DNA of 64,000 nt from Auanema rhodensis (Eukaryota > Animalia > Nematoda), in assembly GCA_964057225.1 (NCBI GenBank), contig OZ059896.1, forward strand, positions 5,456,001-5,520,000, written 5' to 3'. Numbering within the stretch: the first letter of the stretch is position 1; the number at the start of each line of letters is the position of its first letter. Below, in pieces: positions 1 to 12,400 of this stretch. The position numbers and the translations under genes are program-made. The notes under the pieces were generated by a model that saw only the letters and a program-made list of their open reading frames with translations, made no database searches and had not been told where the DNA came from.

Positions 1-51
1 ATAACACAGATCGACGCAGCTTAAAAATCCGCATCGAATGCACTATACTAC

Positions 52-68
52 ATTAAGAAAAGCTTAAT
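52..68. other. Per-monomer short inverted repeat at the hypervariable site (ATTAAG-aaaag-CTTAAT)
   Basis: ATTAAG (52-57) is the reverse complement of CTTAAT (63-68). The alternative allele ATTGAG-aaaca-CTCAAT (e.g. 59018-59034) is also perfect. Confidence 0.8.
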
Positions 69-111
69 ACAAAAATTAGTTATGATCGTTTGAAAAATGA
101 TGCATTAGTGT

Positions 112-139
112 ATGTTGAGTTTCCATGTACACTCAACAT
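112..139. other. Per-monomer inverted repeat, 9-bp stem and 10-nt loop (ATGTTGAGT/ACTCAACAT)
   Basis: 112-120 is the exact reverse complement of 131-139. Present in most monomers; the common CAACAAT allele shortens it. Confidence 0.85.
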
Positions 140-288
140 TGCTTCCAAAAACATTTTGACAAAAATTTTCCCGAAAAATTTCAAAATAATTTCACAAAAA
201 GTAGATGTTTTTAGATTCCTTTTTTCAAGACAAAGACGATGGACATTGTTATTCAACAAAAAATTAATTCTTCAGGGTGAAAATCGAG

Positions 289-310
289 GATATAAGTGTG
301 AACTTATATC
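289..310. other. Per-monomer inverted repeat, 9-bp stem with GTGA 4-nt loop (GATATAAGT/ACTTATATC)
   Basis: 289-297 is the exact reverse complement of 302-310; loop is 298-301 GTGA. Confidence 0.85.
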
Positions 311-320
311 AGTTGATATC

Positions 321-387
321 TCGGTGCATTTTTAAGCTAGCGCAAATCTGATAACACAGATCGACGCAGCTTAAAAATCCGCATCGA
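321..387. other. Per-monomer long imperfect inverted repeat (~30-bp arms, ATAACA loop)
   Basis: Pairings: TCGGTGC 321-327 with GCATCGA 381-387 (one G-T); ATTTTTAAGCT 328-338 with AGCTTAAAAAT 368-378 (11/11); GCG 340-342 with CGC 365-367; ATCTG 346-350 with CAGAT 357-361. Confidence 0.85.
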
Positions 388-701
388 ATGCACTATACTA
401 CATTAAGAAAAGCTTAATACAAAAATTAGTTATGATCGTTTGAAAAATGATGCATTAGTGTATGTTGAGTTTCCATGTACACTCAACATTGCTTCCAAAA
501 ACATTTTGACAAAAATTTTCCCGAAAAATTTCAAAATAATTTCACAGAAAGTAGATGTTTTTAGATTCCTTTTTTCAAGACAAAGACGATGGACATTGTT
601 ATTCAACAAAAAAATTAATTCTTCACGGTGAAAATCGAGGATATAAGTGTGAACCTATATCAGTTGATATCTCGGTGCATTTTCAAGCTAGCGCAAATCT
701 G
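351..701. repeat. Representative full-length 351-bp monomer (phase arbitrary)
   Basis: Runs from ATAACACAG at 351 to the next ATAACACAG at 702. Contains near-invariant NsiI (ATGCAT), BsrGI (TGTACA), EcoRV (GATATC) and NheI (GCTAGC) sites and a polymorphic HindIII (AAGCTT) site. Confidence 0.97.
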
Positions 702-2105
702 ATAACACAGATCGACGCAGCTTAAAAATCCGCATCGAATGCACTATACTACATTAAGAAAAGCTTAATACAAAAATTAGTTATGATCGTTTGAAAAATG
801 ATGCATTAGTGTATGTTGAGTTTCCATGTACACTCAACATTGCTTCCAAAAACATTTTGACAAAAATTTTCCCGAAAAATTTCAAAATAATTTCACAAAA
901 AGTAGATGTTTTTAGATTCCTTTTTTCAAGACAAAGACGATGGACATTGTTATTCAACAAAAAAATTAATTCTTCACGGTGAAAATCGAGGATATAAGTG
1001 TGAACCTATATCAGTTGATATCTCGGTGCATTTTCAAGCTAGCGCAAATCTGATAACACAGATCGACGCAGCTTAAAAATCCGCATCGAATGCACTATAC
1101 TACATTAAGAAAAGCTTAATACAAAAATTAGTTATGATCGTTTGAAAAATGATGCATTAGTGTATGTTGAGTTTCCATGTACACTCAACATTGCTTCCAA
1201 AAACATTTTGACAAAAATTTTCCCGAAAAATTTCAAAATAATTTCACAAAAAGTAGATGTTTTTAGATTCCTTTTTTCAAGACAAAGACGATGGACATTG
1301 TTATTCAACAAAAAAATTAATTCTTCAGGGTGAAAATCGAGGATATAAGTGTGAACTTATATCAGTTGATATCTCGGTGCATTTTTAAGCTAGCGCAAAT
1401 CTGATAACACAGATCGACGCAGCTTAAAAATCCACATCGAATGCACTATACTACATTGGGAAACACTCAATACAAAAATTAGTTATGATCGTTTGAAAAA
1501 TGATGCATTAGTGTATGTTGAGTTTCCATGTACACTCAACATTGCTTCCAAAAACATTTTGACAAAAATTTTCCCGAAAAATTTCAAAATAATTTCACAA
1601 AAAGTAGATGTTTTTAGATTCCTTTTTTCAAGACAAAGACGATGGACATTGTTATTCAACAAAAAAATTAATTCTTCAGGGTGAAAATCGAGGATATAAG
1701 TGTGAACTTATATCAGTTGATATCTCGGTGCATTTTTAAGCTAGCGCAAATCTGATAACACAGATCGACGCAGCTTAAAAATCCGCATCGAATGCACTAT
1801 ACTACATTAAGAAAAGCTTAATACAAAAATTAGTTATGATCGTTTGAAAAATGATGCATTAGTGTATGTTGAGTTTCCATGTACACTCAACATTGCTTCC
1901 AAAAACATTTTGACAAAAATTTTCCCGAAAAATTTCAAAATAATTTCACAAAAAGTAGATGTTTTTAGATTCCTTTTTTCAAGACAAAGACGATGGACAT
2001 TGTTATTCAACAAAAAAATTAATTCTTCAGGGTGAAAATCGAGGATATAAGTGTGAACCTATATCAGTTGATATCTCGGTGCATTTTCAAGCTAGCGCAA
2101 ATCTG

Positions 2106-5100
2106 ATAACACAGATCGACGCAGCTTAAAAATCCGCATCGAATGCACTATACTACATTAAGAAAAGCTTAATACAAAAATTAGTTATGATCGTTTGAAA
2201 AATGATGCATTAGTGTATGTTGAGTTTCCATGTACACTCAACATTGCTTCCAAAAACATTTTGACAAAAATTTTCCCGAAAAATTTCAAAATAATTTCAC
2301 AAAAAGTAGATGTTTTTAGATTCCTTTTTTCAAGACAAAGACGATGGACATTGTTATTCAACAAAAAATTAATTCTTCAGGGTGAAAATCGAGGATATAA
2401 GTGTGAACTTATATCAGTTGATATCTCGGTGCATTTTTAAGCTAGCGCAAATCTGATAACACAGATCGACGCAGCTTAAAAATCCGCATCGAATGCACTA
2501 TACTACATTAAGAAAAGCTTAATACAAAAATTAGTTATGATCGTTTGAAAAATGATGCATTAGTGTATGTTGAGTTTCCATGTACACTCAACATTGCTTC
2601 CAAAAACATTTTGACAAAAATTTTCCCGAAAAATTTCAAAATAATTTCACAAAAAGTAGATGTTTTTAGATTCCTTTTTTCAAGACAAAGACGATGGACA
2701 TTGTTATTCAACAAAAAAATTAATTCTTCAGGGTGAAAATCGAGGATATAAGTGTGAACTTATATCAGTTGATATCTCGGTGCATTTTCAAGCTAGTGCA
2801 AATCTGATAACACAGATCGACGCAGCTTAAAAATCCGCATCGAATGCACTATACTACATTAAGAAAAGCTTAATACAAAAATTAGTTATGATCGTTTGAA
2901 AAATGATGCATTAGTGTATGTTGAGTTTCCATGTACACTCAACATTGCTTCCAAAAACATTTTGACAAAAATTTTCCCGAAAAATTTCAAAATAATTTCA
3001 CAACAAGTAGATGTTTTTAGATTCCTTTTTTCAAGACAAAGACGATGGACATTGTTATTCAACAAAAAAAATTAATTCTTCAGGGTGAAAATCGAGGATA
3101 TAAGTGTGAACTTATATCAGTTGATATCTCGGTGCATTTTTAAGCTAGCGCAAATCTGATAACACAGATCGACGCAGCTTAAAAATCCGCATCGAATGCA
3201 CTATACTACATTAAGAAAAGCTTAATACAAAAATTAGTTATGATCGTTTGAAAAATGATGCATTAGTGTATGTTGAGTTTCCATGTACACTCAACATTGC
3301 TTCCAAAAACATTTTGACAAAAATTTTCCCGAAAAATTTCAAAATAATTTCACAAAAAGTAGATGTTTTAGATTCCTTTTTTCAAGACAAAGACGATGGA
3401 CATTGTTATTCAACAAACAAATTAATTCTTCACGGTGAAAATCGAGGATATAAGTGTGAACCTATATCAGTTGATATCTCGGTGCATTTTCAAGCTAGCG
3501 CAAATCTGATAACACAGATCGACGCAGCTTAAAAATCCGCATCGAATGCACTATACTACATTAAGAAAAGCTTAATACAAAAATTAGTTATGATCGTTTG
3601 AAAAATGATGCATTAGTGTATGTTGAGTTTCCATGTACACTCAACATTGCTTCCAAAAACATTTTGACAAAAATTTTCCCGAAAAATTTCAAAATAATTT
3701 CACAAAAAGTAGATGTTTTTAGATTCCTTTTTTCAAGACAAAGACGATGGACATTGTTATTCAACAAAAAAATTAATTCTTCACGGTGAAAATCGAGGAT
3801 ATAAGTGTGAACCTATATCAGTTGATATCTCGGTGCATTTTCAAGCTAGCGCAAATCTGATAACACAGATCGACGCAGCTTAAAAATCCGCATCGAATGC
3901 ACTATACTACATTAAGAAAAGCTTAATACAAAAATTAGTTATGATCGTTTGAAAAATGATGCATTAGTGTATGTTGAGTTTCCATGTACACTCAACATTG
4001 CTTCCAAAAACATTTTGACAAAAATTTTCCCGAAAAATTTCAAAATAATTTCACAAAAAGTAGATGTTTTTAGATTCCTTTTTTCAAGACAAAGACGATG
4101 GACATTGTTATTCAACAAAAAAATTAATTCTTCAGGGTGAAAATCGAGGATATAAGTGTGAACTTATATCAGTTGATATCTCGGTGCATTTTTAAGCTAG
4201 CGCAAATCTGATAACACAGATCGACGCAGCTTAAAAATCCGCATCGAATGCACTATACTACATTAAGAAAAGCTTAATACAAAAATTAGTTATGATCGTT
4301 TGAAAAATGATGCATTAGTGTATGTTGAGTTTCCATGTACACTCAACATTGCTTCCAAAAACATTTTGACAAAAATTTTCCCGAAAAATTTCAAAATAAT
4401 TTCACAAAAAGTAGATGTTTTTAGATTCCTTTTTTCAAGACAAAGACGATGGACATTGTTATTCAACAAAAAAATTAATTCTTCACGGTGAAAATCGAGG
4501 ATATAAGTGTGAACCTATATCAGTTGATATCTCGGTGCATTTTCAAGCTAGCGCAAATCTGATAACACAGATCGACGCAGCTTAAAAATCCGCATCGAAT
4601 GCACTATACTACATTAAGAAAAGCTTAATACAAAAATTAGTTATGATCGTTTGAAAAATGATGCATTAGTGTATGTTGAGTTTCCATGTACACTCAACAT
4701 TGCTTCCAAAAACATTTTGACAAAAATTTTCCCGAAAAATTTCAAAATAATTTCACAAAAAGTAGATGTTTTTAGATTCCTTTTTTCAAGACAAAGACGA
4801 TGGACATTGTTATTCAACAAAAAATTAATTCTTCAGGGTGAAAATCGAGGATATAAGTGTGAACTTATATCAGTTGATATCTCGGTGCATTTTTAAGCTA
4901 GCGCAAATCTGATAACACAGATCGACGCAGCTTAAAAATCCGCATCGAATGCACTATACTACATTGAGAAACGCTTAGTACAAAAATTAGTTATGATCGT
5001 TTGAAAAATGATGCATTAGTGTATGTTGAGTTTCCATGTACACTCAACATTGCTTCCAAAAACATTTTGACAAAAATTTTCCCGAAAAATTTCAAAATAA

Positions 5101-5964
5101 TTTCACAAAAAGTAGATGTTTTTAGATTCCTTTTTTCAAGACAAAGACGATGGACATTGTTATTCAACAAAAAAATTAATTCTTCAGGGTGAAAATCGAG
5201 GATATAAGTGTGAACTTATATCAGTTGATATCTCGGTGCATTTTCAAGCTAGTGCAAATCTGATAACACAGATCGACGCAGCTTAAAAATCCGCATCGAA
5301 TGCACTATACTACATTAAGAAAAGCTTAATACAAAAATTAGTTATGATCGTTTGAAAAATGATGCATTAGTGTATGTTGAGTTTCCATGTACACTCAACA
5401 TTGCTTCCAAAAACATTTTGACAAAAATTTTCCCGAAAAATTTCAAAATAATTTCACAACAAGTAGATGTTTTTAGATTCCTTTTTTCAAGACAAAGACG
5501 ATGGACATTGTTATTCAACAAAAAAAATTAATTCTTCAGGGTGAAAATCGAGGATATAAGTGTGAACTTATATCAGTTGATATCTCGGTGCATTTTTAAG
5601 CTAGCGCAAATCTGATAACACAGATCGACGCAGCTTAAAAATCCGCATCGAATGCACTATACTACATTAAGAAAAGCTTAATACAAAAATTAGTTATGAT
5701 CGTTTGAAAAATGATGCATTAGTGTATGTTGAGTTTCCATGTACACTCAACATTGCTTCCAAAAACATTTTGACAAAAATTTTCCCGAAAAATTTCAAAA
5801 TAATTTCACAAAAAGTAGATGTTTTAGATTCCTTTTTTCAAGACAAAGACGATGGACATTGTTATTCAACAAAAAAATTAATTCTTCACGGTGAAAATCG
5901 AGGATATAAGTGTGAACCTATATCAGTTGATATCTCGGTGCATTTTCAAGCTAGCGCAAATCTG
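2106..5964. repeat. Duplicated 4-monomer block (2106-3508 and 4562-5964), offset 2456 bp (7 monomers)
   Basis: The same ordered private marks appear in both copies: A6 run (-1), GCTAGTGC, CACAACAAG plus A8 run (+1), GATGTTTTAG T4 run (-1). Confidence 0.9.
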
Positions 5965-7368
5965 ATAACACAGATCGACGCAGCTTAAAAATCCGCATCG
6001 AATGCACTATACTACATTAAGAAAAGCTTAATACAAAAACTAGTTATGATCGTTTGAAAAATGATGCATTAGTGTATGTTGAGTTTCCATGTACACTCAA
6101 CATTGCTTCCAAAAACATTTTGACAAAAATTTTCCCGAAAAATTTCAAAATAATTTCACAAAAAGTAGATGTTTTTAGATTCCTTTTTTCAAGACAAAGA
6201 CGATGGACATTGTTATTCAACAAAAAAATTAATTCTTCAGGGTGAAAATCGAGGATATAAGTGTGAACTTATATCAGTTGATATCTCGGTGCATTTTTAA
6301 GCTAGCGCAAATCTGATAACACAGATCGACGCAGCTTAAAAATCCACATCGAATGCACTATACTACATTGGGAAACACTCAATACAAAAATTAGTTATGA
6401 TCGTTTGAAAAATGATGCATTAGTGTATGTTGAGTTTCCATGTACACTCAACATTGCTTCCAAAAACATTTTGACAAAAATTTTCCCGAAAAATTTCAAA
6501 ATAATTTCACAAAAAGTAGATGTTTTTAGATTCCTTTTTTCAAGACAAAGACGATGGACATTGTTATTCAACAAAAAAATTAATTCTTCACGGTGAAAAT
6601 CGAGGATATAAGTGTGAACCTATATCAGTTGATATCTCGGTGCATTTTCAAGCTAGCGCAAATCTGATAACACAGATCGACGCAGCTTAAAAATCCGCAT
6701 CGAATGCACTATACTACATTAAGAAAAGCTTAATACAAAAATTAGTTATGATCGTTTGAAAAATGATGCATTAGTGTATGTTGAGTTTCCATGTACACTC
6801 AACATTGCTTCCAAAAACATTTTGACAAAAATTTTCCCGAAAAATTTCAAAATAATTTCACAAAAAGTAGATGTTTTTAGATTCCTTTTTTCAGGACAAA
6901 GACGATGGACATTGTTATTCAACAAAAAAATTAATTCTTCACGGTGAAAATCGAGGATATAAGTGTGAACCTATATCAGTTGATATCTCGGTGCATTTTC
7001 AAGCTAGCGCAAATCTGATAAAACAGATCGACGCAGCTTAAAAATCCGCATCGAATGCACTATACTACATTAAGAAAAGCTTAATACAAAAATTAGTTAT
7101 GATCGTTTGAAAAATGATGCATTAGTGTATGTTGAGTTTCCATGTACACTCAACATTGCTTCCAAAAACATTTTGACAAAAATTTTCCCGAAAAATTTCA
7201 AAATAATTTCACAAAAAGTAGATGTTTTTAGATTCCTTTTTTCAAGACAAAGACGATGGACATTGTTATTCAACAAAAAAATTAATTCTTCAGGGTGAAA
7301 ATCGAGGATATAAGTGTGAACTTATATCAGTTGATATCTCGGTGCATTTTTAAGCTAGCGCAAATCTG

Positions 7369-9474
7369 ATAACACAGATCGACGCAGCTTAAAAATCCGC
7401 ATCGAATGCACTATACTACATTAAGAAAAGCTTAATACAAAAATTAGTTATGATCGTTTGAAAAATGATGCATTAGTGTATGTTGAGTTTCCATGTACAC
7501 TCAACATTGCTTCCAAAAACATTTTGACAAAAATTTTCCCGAAAAATTTCAAAATAATTTCACAAAAAGTAGATGTTTTTAGATTTCTTTTTTCAAGACA
7601 AAGACGATGGACATTGTTATTCAACAAAAAAATTAATTCTTCAGGGTGAAAATCGAGGATATAAGTGTGAACTTATATCAGTTGATATCTCGGTGAATTT
7701 TTAAGCTAGCGCAAATCTGATAACACAGATCGACGCAGCTTAAAAATCCGCATCGAATGCACTATACTACATTAAGAAAAGCTTAATACAAAAATTAGTT
7801 ATGATCGTTTGAAAAATGATGCATTAGTGTATGTTGAGTTTCCATGTACACTCAACATTGCTTCCAAAAACATTTTGACAAAAATTTTCCCGAAAAATTT
7901 CAAAATAATTTCACAAAAAGTAGATGTTTTTAGATTTCTTTTTTCAAGACAAAGACGATGGACATTGTTATTCAACAAAAAAATTAATTCTTCAGGGTGA
8001 AAATCGAGGATATAAGTGTGAACTTATATCAGTTGATATCTCGGTGAATTTTTAAGCTAGCGCAAATCTGATAACACAGATCGACGCAGCTTAAAAATCC
8101 GCATCGAATGCACTATACTACATTAAGAAAAGCTTAATACAAAAATTAGTTATGATCGTTTGAAAAATGATGCATTAGTGTATGTTGAGTTTCCATGTAC
8201 ACTCAACATTGCTTCCAAAAACATTTTGACAAAAATTTTCCCGAAAAATTTCAAAATAATTTCACAAAAAGTAGATGTTTTTAGATTCCTTTTTTCAAGA
8301 CAAAGACGATGGACATTGTTATTCAACAAAAAAATTAATTCTTCAGGGTGAAAATCGAGGATATAAGTGTGAACTTATATCAGTTGATATCTCGGTGCAT
8401 TTTTAAGCTAGCGCAAATCTGATAACACAGATCGACGCAGCTTAAAAATCCGCATCGAATGCACTATACTACATTAAGAAAAGCTTAATACAAAAATTAG
8501 TTATGATCGTTTGAAAAATGATGCATTAGTGTATGTTGAGTTTCCATGTACACTCAACATTGCTTCCAAAAACATTTTGACAAAAATTTTCCCGAAAAAT
8601 TTCAAAATAATTTCACAAAAAGTAGATGTTTTTAGATTTCTTTTTTCAAGACAAAGACGATGGACATTGTTATTCAACAAAAAAATTAATTCTTCAGGGT
8701 GAAAATCGAGGATATAAGTGTGAACTTATATCAGTTGATATCTCGGTGAATTTTTAAGCTAGCGCAAATCTGATAACACAGATCGACGCAGCTTAAAAAT
8801 CCGCATCGAATGCACTATACTACATTAAGAAAAGCTTAATACAAAAATTAGTTATGATCGTTTGAAAAATGATGCATTAGTGTATGTTGAGTTTCCATGT
8901 ACACTCAACATTGCTTCCAAAAACATTTTGACAAAAATTTTCCCGAAAAATTTCAAAATAATTTCACAAAAAGTAGATGTTTTTAGATTTCTTTTTTCAA
9001 GACAAAGACGATGGACATTGTTATTCAACAAAAAAATTAATTCTTCAGGGTGAAAATCGAGGATATAAGTGTGAACTTATATCAGTTGATATCTCGGTGA
9101 ATTTTTAAGCTAGCGCAAATCTGATAACACAGATCGACGCAGCTTAAAAATCCGCATCGAATGCACTATACTACATTAAGAAAAGCTTAATACAAAAATT
9201 AGTTATGATCGTTTGAAAAATGATGCATTAGTGTATGTTGAGTTTCCATGTACACTCAACATTGCTTCCAAAAACATTTTGACAAAAATTTTCCCGAAAA
9301 ATTTCAAAATAATTTCACAAAAAGTAGATGTTTTTAGATTCCTTTTTTCAAGACAAAGACGATGGACATTGTTATTCAACAAAAAAATTAATTCTTCAGG
9401 GTGAAAATCGAGGATATAAGTGTGAACTTATATCAGTTGATATCTCGGTGCATTTTTAAGCTAGCGCAAATCTG
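7369..9474. repeat. Local 3-monomer higher-order repeat x2 (1053 bp period)
   Basis: Two monomers carrying AGATTTCTT plus CGGTGAATT are followed by one plain monomer, and the pattern repeats (ORF starts 7458/7809/8160 and 8511/8862/9213). Confidence 0.85.
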
Positions 9475-12400
9475 ATAACACAGATCGACGCAGCTTAAAA
9501 ATCCACATCGAATGCACTATACTACATTGGGAAACACTCAATACAAACATTAGTTATGATCGTTTGAAAAATGATGCATTAGTGTATGTTGAGTTTCCAT
9601 GTACACTCAACATTGCTTCCAAAAACATTTTGACAAAAATTTTCCCGAAAAATTTCAAAATAATTTCACAAAAAGTAGATGTTTTTAGATTCCTTTTTTC
9701 AAGACAAAGACGATGGACATTGTTATTCAACAAAAAAATTAATTCTTCAGGGTGAAAATCGAGGATATAAGTGTGAACCTATATCAGTTGATATCTCGGT
9801 GCATTTTCAAGCTAGCGCAAATCTGATAACACAGATCGACGCAGCTTAAAAATCCGCATCGAATGCACTATACTACATGGAGAAACGCTCAATACAAAAA
9901 TTAGTTATGATCGTTTGAAAAATGATGCATTAGTGTATGTTGAGTTTCCATGTACACTCAACAATGCTTCCAAAAACATTTTGACAAAAATTTTCCCGAA
10001 AAATTTCAAAATAATTTCACAAAAAGTAGATGTTTTTAGATTCCTTTTTTCAAGACAAAGACGATGGACATTGTTATTCAACAAAAAAATTAATTCTTCA
10101 CGGTGAAAATCGAGGATATAAGTGTGAACCTATATCAGTTGATATCTCGGTGCATTTTCAAGCTAGCGCAAATCTGATAACACAGATCAACGCAGCTTAA
10201 AAATCCGCATCGAATGCACTATACTACATTAAGAAAAGCTTAATACAAAAATTAGTTATGATCGTTTGAAAAATGATGCATTAGTGTATGTTGAGTTTCC
10301 ATGTACACTCAACATTGCTTCCAAAAACATTTTGACAAAAATTTTCCCGAAAAATTTCAAAATAATTTCACAAAAAGTAGATGTTTTTAGATTCCTTTTT
10401 TCAAGACAAAGACGATGGACATTGTTATTCAACAAAAAAATTAATTCTTCAGGGTGAAAATCGAGGATATAAGTGTGAACCTATATCAGTTGATATCTCG
10501 GTGCATTTTCAAGCTAGCGCAAATCTGATAACACAGATCGACGCAGCTTAAAAATCCGCATCGAATGCACTATACTACATGGAGAAACGCTCAATACAAA
10601 AATTAGTTATGATCGTTTGAAAAATGATGCATTAGTGTATGTTGAGTTTCCATGTACACTCAACAATGCTTCCAAAAACATTTTGACAAAAATTTTCCCG
10701 AAAAATTTCAAAATAATTTCACAAAAAGTAGATGTTTTTAGATTCCTTTTTTCAAGACAAAGACGATGGACATTGTTATTCAACAAAAAAATTAATTCTT
10801 CAGGGTGAAAATCGAGGATATAAGTGTGAACCTATATCAGTTGATATCTCGGTGCATTTTCAAGCTAGCGCAAATCTGATAACACAGATCGACGCAGCTT
10901 AAAAATCCGCATCGAATGCACTATACTACATGGAGAAACGCTCAATACAAAAATTAGTTATGATCGTTTGAAAAATGATGCATTAGTGTATGTTGAGTTT
11001 CCATGTACACTCAACAATGCTTCCAAAAACATTTTGACAAAAATTTTCCCGAAAAATTTCAAAATAATTTCACAAAAAGTAGATGTTTTTAGATTCCTTT
11101 TTTCAAGACAAAGACGATGGACAATGTTATTCAACGAAAAAATTAATTCTTCACGGTGAAAATCGAGGATATAAGTGTGAACCTATATCAGTTGATATCT
11201 CGGTGCATTTTCAAGCTAGCGCAAATCTGATAACACAGATCGACGCAGCTTAAAAATCCACATCGAATGCACTATACTACATTGGGAAACACTCAATACA
11301 AAAATTAGTTATGATCGTTTGAAAAATGATGCATTAGTGTATGTTGAGTTTCCATGTACACTCAACATTGCTTCCAAAAACATTTTGACAAAAATTTTCC
11401 CGAAAAATTTCAAAATAATTTCACAAAAAGTAGATGTTTTTAGATTCCTTTTTTCAAGACAAAGACGATGGACATTGTTATTCAACAAAAAAATTAATTC
11501 TTCACGGTGAAAATCGAGGATATAAGTGTGAACCTATATCAGTTGATATCTCGGTGCATTTTCAAGCTAGCGCAAATCTGATAACACAGATCAACGCAGC
11601 TTAAAAATCCGCATCGAATGCACTATACTACATTAAGAAAAGCTTAATACAAAAATTAGTTATGATCGTTTGAAAAATGATGCATTAGTGTATGTTGAGT
11701 TTCCATGTACACTCAACATTGCTTCCAAAAACATTTTGACAAAAATTTTCCCGAAAAATTTCAAAATAATTTCACAAAAAGTAGATGTTTTTAGATTCCT
11801 TTTTTCAAGACAAAGACGATGGACATTGTTATTCAACAAAAAAATTAATTCTTCAGGGTGAAAATCGAGGATATAAGTGTGAACTTATATCAGTTGATAT
11901 CTCGGTGCATTTTTAAGCTAGCGCAAATCTGATAACACAGATCGACGCAGCTTAAAAATCCACATCGAATGCACTATACTACATTGGGAAACACTCAATA
12001 CAAACATTAGTTATGATCGTTTGAAAAATGATGCATTAGTGTATGTTGAGTTTCCATGTACACTCAACATTGCTTCCAAAAACATTTTGACAAAAATTTT
12101 CCCGAAAAATTTCAAAATAATTTCACAAAAAGTAGATGTTTTTAGATTCCTTTTTTCAAGACAAAGACGATGGACATTGTTATTCAACAAAAAAATTAAT
12201 TCTTCACGGTGAAAATCGAGGATATAAGTGTGAACCTATATCAGTTGATATCTCGGTGCATTTTCAAGCTAGCGCAAATCTGATAACACAGATCAACGCA
12301 GCTTAAAAATCCGCATCGAATGCACTATACTACATTAAGAAAAGCTTAATACAAAAATTAGTTATGATCGTTTGAAAAATGATGCATTAGTGTATGTTGA

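Noticed and set aside
169-185. CENP-B box-like motif (minus-strand ...CGGG)
   Set aside because: Only about 6 of the 9 essential positions of NTTCGNNNNANNCGGGN match, which is not distinguishable from chance.
222-276. Hammerhead ribozyme as found in some satellites (minus-strand CTGAAGA fits CUGANGA)
   Set aside because: I could not build stem II followed by GAAA, or stems I/III with an NUH site, and the common CACGG allele destroys the core C. The plus-strand CTGATAA lacks the conserved G. An Infernal/Rfam scan would settle it.
289-340. Promoter (TATA-like TATAAG) or intrinsic terminator hairpin
   Set aside because: Such short motifs are expected in ~69% AT DNA, there is no associated gene, and no U-tract directly follows the stem.
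351-701. Assignment to a named ~350-360-bp family (Drosophila 1.688, Tribolium satellites, Chironomus telomeric repeats) or an internal 2 x 175-bp dimer
   Set aside because: Only length and AT content are similar. I recognise no sequence identity and see no convincing direct half-monomer homology by eye; this needs BLAST and a self dot-plot.
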